A DNA stretch of 64,000 bases from Bacteroidota bacterium. Its GTDB lineage: Bacteria > Bacteroidota > Ignavibacteria > Palsa-1295. The stretch spans positions 17,066-81,065 of the forward strand of contig JAJPIQ010000044.1 in the NCBI GenBank assembly GCA_021324685.1, given 5' to 3'. Under the pieces are notes generated by a model, which was not told the DNA's origin, ran no database searches, and saw only the letters and a list, made by a program, of their open reading frames with translations. Both the position numbers and the translations under genes were made by a program. Numbering within the stretch: the first letter of the stretch is position 1; each line of letters opens with the position of its first letter. Shown here piece by piece: positions 58,768 through 64,000 of this stretch.

Positions 58768-59757
58768 ATGCATTTTTTTCGTAAGACTTCAATAGATTTT
58801 ATCGGCAAGCGCCGGATGTGGTACTTCGTCTCGCTGTTTGTGACGATGGCGGGTATCGTATGGGCCCTTTTTCGTGGCGTCGAGTACGGTATTGACTTCG
58901 CCGGCGGCACGGAAGTACAGCTTCAGTTCCAAAAGAATGTTGGCATCGAGGACGTTCGCGGAGCGCTCGACAAAGCGGGGATCCGCGGAGCCGAAGTAAA
59001 GTACTACGGTGCAGACGAGTCCGGTGTGCTCATTCGTGTGCGCGAGGGTGCACAGGGAGCGCAAGCCGGGACGCAGGCAACGCAAAAGGTTATGACGGCC
59101 GTTGCACAAGGGTTTCCCAGCAACAAGGCCCAACTCCTGCAGGAACAGCACATTGGCCCAAAAATAGGCGCGGAATTAAGGGCGAAAGCCATCTGGGCTG
59201 TCCTATTTACGTGTATTGTCATCCTCGTTTATCTTGCCTTCCGGTTCCGCTTTGTCTATGGACTCGGTGCTGTCATTGCCATTATTCACGATGTGCTTGT
59301 TGCATTTGCATTTGCGGTGATTTGTAATGGGCTCGATCCGTCGCTCAATCTCGAAATGAATTCGACGCTGCTCGCCGCATTTCTTACCATCGTCGGATTT
59401 TCGGTCAACGATACCGTTATTATTTTCGACCGTATTCGTGAAGACCAACGGAAATACAAAGGGCAGACACTTAAAGAAATTATGAACCGTGCGATCAACG
59501 AAACGTTGCCTCGAACGGTCATTACTTCTGGAACCGTATTTCTCACACTTCTCGTGCTCTTTATTTGGGGCGGAGAAGTGCTCCGCGGATTTGCCTTCAC
59601 GATGCTCATTGGCGTCATCACAGGAACGTATTCTTCGATCTTCGTCGCTTCGGCCATCGCCTTCGATTGGCTGGAGCGCGATAAATCGAAAACGTCGCGT
59701 GTGACCGTTGGTCCGCGCAAGCAGGCACCAGCCAAGCGCGTTGCTGCGACGGTATAA
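58768..59757 (+). CDS. secF: Protein translocase subunit SecF
   Basis: GIDFAGG, IGPKIGAEL, HDV, GFSVNDTVIIFDRIRE, GTYSSIFVA. Confidence 0.96.
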   Translation: MHFFRKTSIDFIGKRRMWYFVSLFVTMAGIVWALFRGVEYGIDFAGGTEVQLQFQKNVGIEDVRGALDKAGIRGAEVKYYGADESGVLIRVREGAQGAQAGTQATQKVMTAVAQGFPSNKAQLLQEQHIGPKIGAELRAKAIWAVLFTCIVILVYLAFRFRFVYGLGAVIAIIHDVLVAFAFAVICNGLDPSLNLEMNSTLLAAFLTIVGFSVNDTVIIFDRIREDQRKYKGQTLKEIMNRAINETLPRTVITSGTVFLTLLVLFIWGGEVLRGFAFTMLIGVITGTYSSIFVASAIAFDWLERDKSKTSRVTVGPRKQAPAKRVAATV

Positions 59758-59822
59758 GCGGTGGTGTCCATTCTTTCGGGAATGACACCTGGTGCCCGCC
59801 GCGTTTTTTAGAAAAACGGATT

Positions 59823-60131
59823 ATGACCTCCACCTTTCAGCCTACGGGCGCCGATCTTCAAATCTCGCTCTCGGGCGATCTTACGGGCGGTGCCGATGCG
59901 ATGAAATTCGCGGTAGAACTGCGTGACGAGCTCGCGAAAAGCCGGTTCGAACGTGTCGAGATCGACGCTTCGGACGTCGGATTTGTCAACAGTTCCGGCC
60001 TTGGAATGCTGCTTGCCGCCCGTCAGGCGGCACTCGAGCACGGTGCGGAATTCCGCTTAAATGCTCCCGGAAACCAACTTCAGCACTTGCTTGAGATTAC
60101 GAAGCTCACCGAAATTTTGGGAGCGGTGTAA
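59823..60131 (+). CDS. STAS-domain anti-sigma factor antagonist
   Basis: DASDVGFVNSSGLGML with the conserved phospho-Ser; LLEITKL. Confidence 0.88.
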   Translation: MTSTFQPTGADLQISLSGDLTGGADAMKFAVELRDELAKSRFERVEIDASDVGFVNSSGLGMLLAARQAALEHGAEFRLNAPGNQLQHLLEITKLTEILGAV

Positions 60132-60285
60132 CTTTCCCATGTCCTCAGGTGTCGTCGTTTTCGGTGAAGCAAAAGAGCAACTTTTTCTTCATTTAAGGGT
60201 TATCACTGAACGCTAAAAAATGGGGTCTGGCAGGTTTCAGGCCGCCACACGCGAATAACCGGTTTTTCAACTCAATTTCGAACAC

Positions 60286-61611
60286 ATGAAACGTATTGGT
60301 ACGGCATTATTTTCTTTCATAATACTCTCGATTTTTGCCTTTCACTCCGAGGCGCAAACGCTTGCAAAACATTCGAACCCTGTAGCACCTTCGAAGACAA
60401 ACATTAGCGTCGCGGGTCCTTTTCAAGCGGGAGTTCCATCGGGACCAGAAAGCTATTCGTCCGAGAGTCCTCTGGCAACGAAAACGGATACCGTTTCTTA
60501 TTTTCAGGATACGACGGGTGGTAACTGGTGGGGATATGTTCCGATTCTCGATCAAGCGTCCGGAGATTCGCTCGGTTATTACGGCGTAAACACGGATGGA
60601 ACTCTTTATTTCCAGAACGAAGATACGATTGGCGGAACGGAATTTAAGTACATTAACTCTTCTGGCGTTACGATCGATACGACTCCGTTCGACACGATGT
60701 ATTATCGCATGATGGCGTTGCGCGTTTCCACCCCAACCGACCTGAAGGGCACGATCAAGCTGGTCGGTGCATCCCTGACCTTCCTTCCCATTTCCTTCCA
60801 TGCGGCGGACCATATTGAGGTTTGGGTCGTTCCGATGCAGGATGTACCATTCCTGGATGGCAATACCTATCCCATCCCGAATATTTTTGCCACGAACGCC
60901 TTGATAAAAACTTCGATCCCTTCCGATTCGATCGTTGCGGGACAAATCAATACGGTTTATATTCCTATCAACAAAACTCTGACTTCAGCCGTTAAGACCC
61001 AACTCGGAATTTGCCTTTTCGTCGATGGCCCATCATTCCAGACCGATACGGTGGCTTATATCATGGATCAGAATCTTCAATCGGCGGCAACGAATATTTC
61101 GATCGACACCGATGGTTCTCTTGGCGTAACAGGAGAATCGATGAGGACCTATAAGCTTAGCCTCGATGGCGGCCATATGATGATTGAAGGACAATCAAAT
61201 TATGTTGGCGGCGGCGGGGGATTTTTTGTCAACTTTGGCCAAATCGATCCGACCTCCGGACAGCAAACAGGTTCGGCATTCGATGGAAACCTCGTGTTAA
61301 ATGCGTATTATTCCGGGACCGCGGCCGCGGTAAACGAGAATGGTACGGTTCCAAACGAACTCGAAGGGAATTATCCCAACCCTGTAAGCACGACGTCCGA
61401 GATCCGTTACCATCTTGCTCAGAGTGGGCCGGTTTCGATCCAGGTCTTTAACCAGCTTGGCGAAGTTGTGGGAACCGTTGTCAATGGCATTCAGGGCGCC
61501 GGAGGACATACCGCCACCTTTAATGCAGGCATGCTTACGAACGGCATGTATTATTATAAACTGCAGTCTGGCGATTTCACTTCTACACGCACGATGGTTA
61601 TCAGCCGATAA
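60286..61611 (+). CDS. Secreted T9SS type A sorting domain protein
   Basis: Signal peptide; CTD NYPNPV...VFNQLG...NGMYYYKL...TRTMVISR. Confidence 0.88.
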   Translation: MKRIGTALFSFIILSIFAFHSEAQTLAKHSNPVAPSKTNISVAGPFQAGVPSGPESYSSESPLATKTDTVSYFQDTTGGNWWGYVPILDQASGDSLGYYGVNTDGTLYFQNEDTIGGTEFKYINSSGVTIDTTPFDTMYYRMMALRVSTPTDLKGTIKLVGASLTFLPISFHAADHIEVWVVPMQDVPFLDGNTYPIPNIFATNALIKTSIPSDSIVAGQINTVYIPINKTLTSAVKTQLGICLFVDGPSFQTDTVAYIMDQNLQSAATNISIDTDGSLGVTGESMRTYKLSLDGGHMMIEGQSNYVGGGGGFFVNFGQIDPTSGQQTGSAFDGNLVLNAYYSGTAAAVNENGTVPNELEGNYPNPVSTTSEIRYHLAQSGPVSIQVFNQLGEVVGTVVNGIQGAGGHTATFNAGMLTNGMYYYKLQSGDFTSTRTMVISR

Positions 61612-61637
61612 GAACTTTTTAGCAGAATCTGTGCTCG

Positions 61638-61667
61638 ATCCCCTCGAAACGAGGGGATTGTTTTTTT
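61638..61667 (+). terminator. Intrinsic terminator
   Basis: atcccctcg-aaa-cgaggggat followed by a T-run. Confidence 0.8.
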
Positions 61668-62349
61668 AAAGCATTGCGGCTGCGAGCGTGAGAACACTGA
61701 TCGACTTCGGTCTTGCGTCGTGTAACGTTTCCGCTACACTCGAAAGCGTCGCTCCGGTTGTCATGACATCGTCCACCAGAAGAACATGTTTACCGGTAAC
61801 TCGGGCGGAATCTCGTGTGAGTGCAAAAGCGCCGCGCACATTTTCGATACGTTCGGTTATCGAAAGACTGGTTTGTGAAGGCGTAGGACGAATCCGCTTT
61901 ACTGCAGGCACGACGTTCGCAGCCACAGATCGCGCTACACCGTGTGCTAATGCTTCGGCCTGATTATAACCACGTTCGGCAAGCCGAGTCCGATGAAGCG
62001 GCACGGGAACGATCATTTCCGCAGGCTGTGGGACGAGCGTCGCGATGGAACGGCCAAAATATTTGGCAAGTCTCGGCATCCCCGAATATTTCATCGCATG
62101 AACGAGCGATTGCACGGGTGATTCTGCAAGGAATGTGTAGGCTGCCCGAGTGTGCCGAAGCGCTATACCAGAAGCGACTCGATAAAATTGATCTCGGACG
62201 TCGCGTTCCTCGGGTTCGTCGGCACTTTCCAAAATTCGGTAACACACCGGACAGAGATAGCGATGCACCCACTCCTTGCCGCCGGTTTCCGACCGCACCG
62301 TTGCTCGATCGCAATGCAGGCAGCGCTCCGGAAGGAATACGCCAAGCAT
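61666..62349 (-). CDS. comF: ComF family amidophosphoribosyltransferase-like protein
   Basis: CxxC...CxxC ribbon, PVPLH..RGYNQA, LLVDDVMTTGATL. Confidence 0.9.
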   Translation of the reverse strand: MLGVFLPERCLHCDRATVRSETGGKEWVHRYLCPVCYRILESADEPEERDVRDQFYRVASGIALRHTRAAYTFLAESPVQSLVHAMKYSGMPRLAKYFGRSIATLVPQPAEMIVPVPLHRTRLAERGYNQAEALAHGVARSVAANVVPAVKRIRPTPSQTSLSITERIENVRGAFALTRDSARVTGKHVLLVDDVMTTGATLSSVAETLHDARPKSISVLTLAAAML

Positions 62350-62350
62350 C

Positions 62351-64000
62351 TTACTCTCCGATCGGGACCGATTTGGTCGAGGCCAGGACCTTTTCGAGCG
62401 CCTGAACTTCGTCCCGGATATCGGCAGCTTTTTCGAAGTCCATCTCTTTTGCGGCCACTTTCATTTCGAGCTTCATTTGCTCGATCAGTTCCGAAAGCTG
62501 GGCCGGCGAAAGATGCTTGAGCACCGCCTTCGGCGTAAGGTGCTTTCGTTCTCGCTTTTCTTCCACTTCCCGTTTCTGGGCTTCGTGTTTTTTCGAAACA
62601 TCGGCGATCGAAGTCGATTGTAAAATCTCTTCGACCGATTTCTTGATCGTCCGTGGGACAATTCCATGTGCTTCGTTATAGGCGTGCTGAATTTCTCGGC
62701 GACGTTCCGTTTCGTCGATCACGGCCCGCATCGATTCCGTTATCCTGTCGGCATAGAAGAGAACGAGGCCTTCCGCGTTGCGCGCGGTGCGTCCGGCCGT
62801 CTGCATGAGCGATCGTTCGCTGCGTAAAAATCCTTCCTTATCGGCATCGAGAATGGCGATAAGCGAAACTTCCGGCAAATCGAGTCCTTCGCGTAAAAGG
62901 TTTACCCCAACGAGCACATCGAACTCTGCCGTCCGAAGATCGCGCAGAATCTCGACGCGCTCCAGAGCATCGATATCGCTGTGTAAATAACGAATACGCA
63001 CCCCGACGTTCGTATAATAATCGGTGAGATCTTCCGCCATGCGCTTCGTGAGTGTTGTAACCAGTACGCGCTCTCCGATGCTTGCTCGTTTGCGAATCTC
63101 CGCGAGTAGATCATCGATCTGGTTTTTCACAGGCCGTACTTCGATGCGCGGATCGAGAAGGCCCGTCGGTCGAATGATCTGTTCGACGATCACGCCTTTC
63201 GATTCTTCGAACTCGAATTGGGCCGGAGTTGCGCTAACATAGACCACCTGGTCGACCATGGACTGGAACTCGCCGAAATTAAGTGGGCGGTTATCGAGCG
63301 CGCTGGGCAGCCGAAAACCATGCGCTACGAGCGTTTCTTTTCGGGCCCGGTCGCCCGCATACATCCCGCGTATTTGAGGAATAGACTGGTGCGATTCGTC
63401 GATGATCGTAAGAAAATGTTCGGGAAAATAATCGAGGAGCGTGCTCGGTCGCTCACCGGCCTTGCGTGCTGCCAGGTGCCGCGAATAGTTCTCGACTCCG
63501 GAACAGTACCCGAGTTCTCTCAGCATTTCAAGATCGAACCGTGTCCGTTGTTCGAGCCGTTGGGCTTCGAGCAATTTACCCTGCTTGCGAAAGATCTGAA
63601 GTTGTTCTTCCAATTCCTGTTCGATCGCAAGGATCGCGCGTTCCAGTTCCGGTGCGCTTGTTACGAAATGCTTCGCTGGATAGATCGTGGCGCGGCTAAC
63701 AGAACCTAAAATTTTTCCATCGATACGGTTAATTTGCGAAATACGCTCGATCGTATCCCCAAAAAATTCGATGCGATACCCTTCTTCGTCCTCGTATGCC
63801 GGAATAACATCGACGACGTCTCCACGGACGCGAAACGTTCCGCGCTGGAATTCTATATCGTTCCGGGAGTAATGGATCTCCGAAAGTGCTCGTAAAAGGT
63901 CGTTCCGTTTGACTTCCTGACCGACGTTGACGCGCAGCATCTGCCGAGCATACTCGTCCGGGGAGCCGATGCCATAAATGCAGCTTACCGATGCGACGAT
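62351..64000 (-). CDS. uvrB: Excinuclease ABC subunit B (5' truncated by the window)
   Basis: Frame open to the window edge ([14 protein letters not shown]); [27 protein letters not shown]-terminal UVR domain. Confidence 0.97.
   Translation of the reverse strand: MVASVSCIYGIGSPDEYARQMLRVNVGQEVKRNDLLRALSEIHYSRNDIEFQRGTFRVRGDVVDVIPAYEDEEGYRIEFFGDTIERISQINRIDGKILGSVSRATIYPAKHFVTSAPELERAILAIEQELEEQLQIFRKQGKLLEAQRLEQRTRFDLEMLRELGYCSGVENYSRHLAARKAGERPSTLLDYFPEHFLTIIDESHQSIPQIRGMYAGDRARKETLVAHGFRLPSALDNRPLNFGEFQSMVDQVVYVSATPAQFEFEESKGVIVEQIIRPTGLLDPRIEVRPVKNQIDDLLAEIRKRASIGERVLVTTLTKRMAEDLTDYYTNVGVRIRYLHSDIDALERVEILRDLRTAEFDVLVGVNLLREGLDLPEVSLIAILDADKEGFLRSERSLMQTAGRTARNAEGLVLFYADRITESMRAVIDETERRREIQHAYNEAHGIVPRTIKKSVEEILQSTSIADVSKKHEAQKREVEEKRERKHLTPKAVLKHLSPAQLSELIEQMKLEMKVAAKEMDFEKAADIRDEVQALEKVLASTKSVPIGE

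Overview
This is a gene-dense chromosomal segment from an FCB-group bacterium. By inference it is Bacteroidota/Chlorobiota-related, probably Kapabacteria- or Ignavibacteria-like. Support: four T9SS C-terminal-domain cargo proteins, TAnnTTTG-type promoters, a long rpsP and separate secD/secF genes. It holds about 50 CDSs, mostly housekeeping (queD, hpnE, sucB-like E2, miaB, murA, rpsP, rimM, acs, osmC, pstB/phoU, phoBR-like, secD, secF, comF, partial uvrB) plus secreted and envelope proteins. I saw no rRNA, tRNA, CRISPR array, integrase or transposase. Highlights: (1) a dense cluster of DnaA-box-like 9-mers at 16.7-17.0 kb, a candidate oriC with no adjacent dnaA; (2) an ECF sigma factor coupled to a predicted anti-sigma factor spanning both membranes, flanked by lipoproteins; (3) two tandem M1 aminopeptidases fused to Omp85-like beta-barrels; (4) a structured leader with a terminator upstream of rpsP; (5) a histidine kinase and a receiver/thioredoxin-reductase-like fusion lacking CxxC, embedded between rpsP and rimM; (6) an Asp-type MurA expected to be fosfomycin-insensitive; (7) promoter elements abutting start codons, suggesting leaderless mRNAs. 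All assignments come from motif recognition by eye; no database searches were run.
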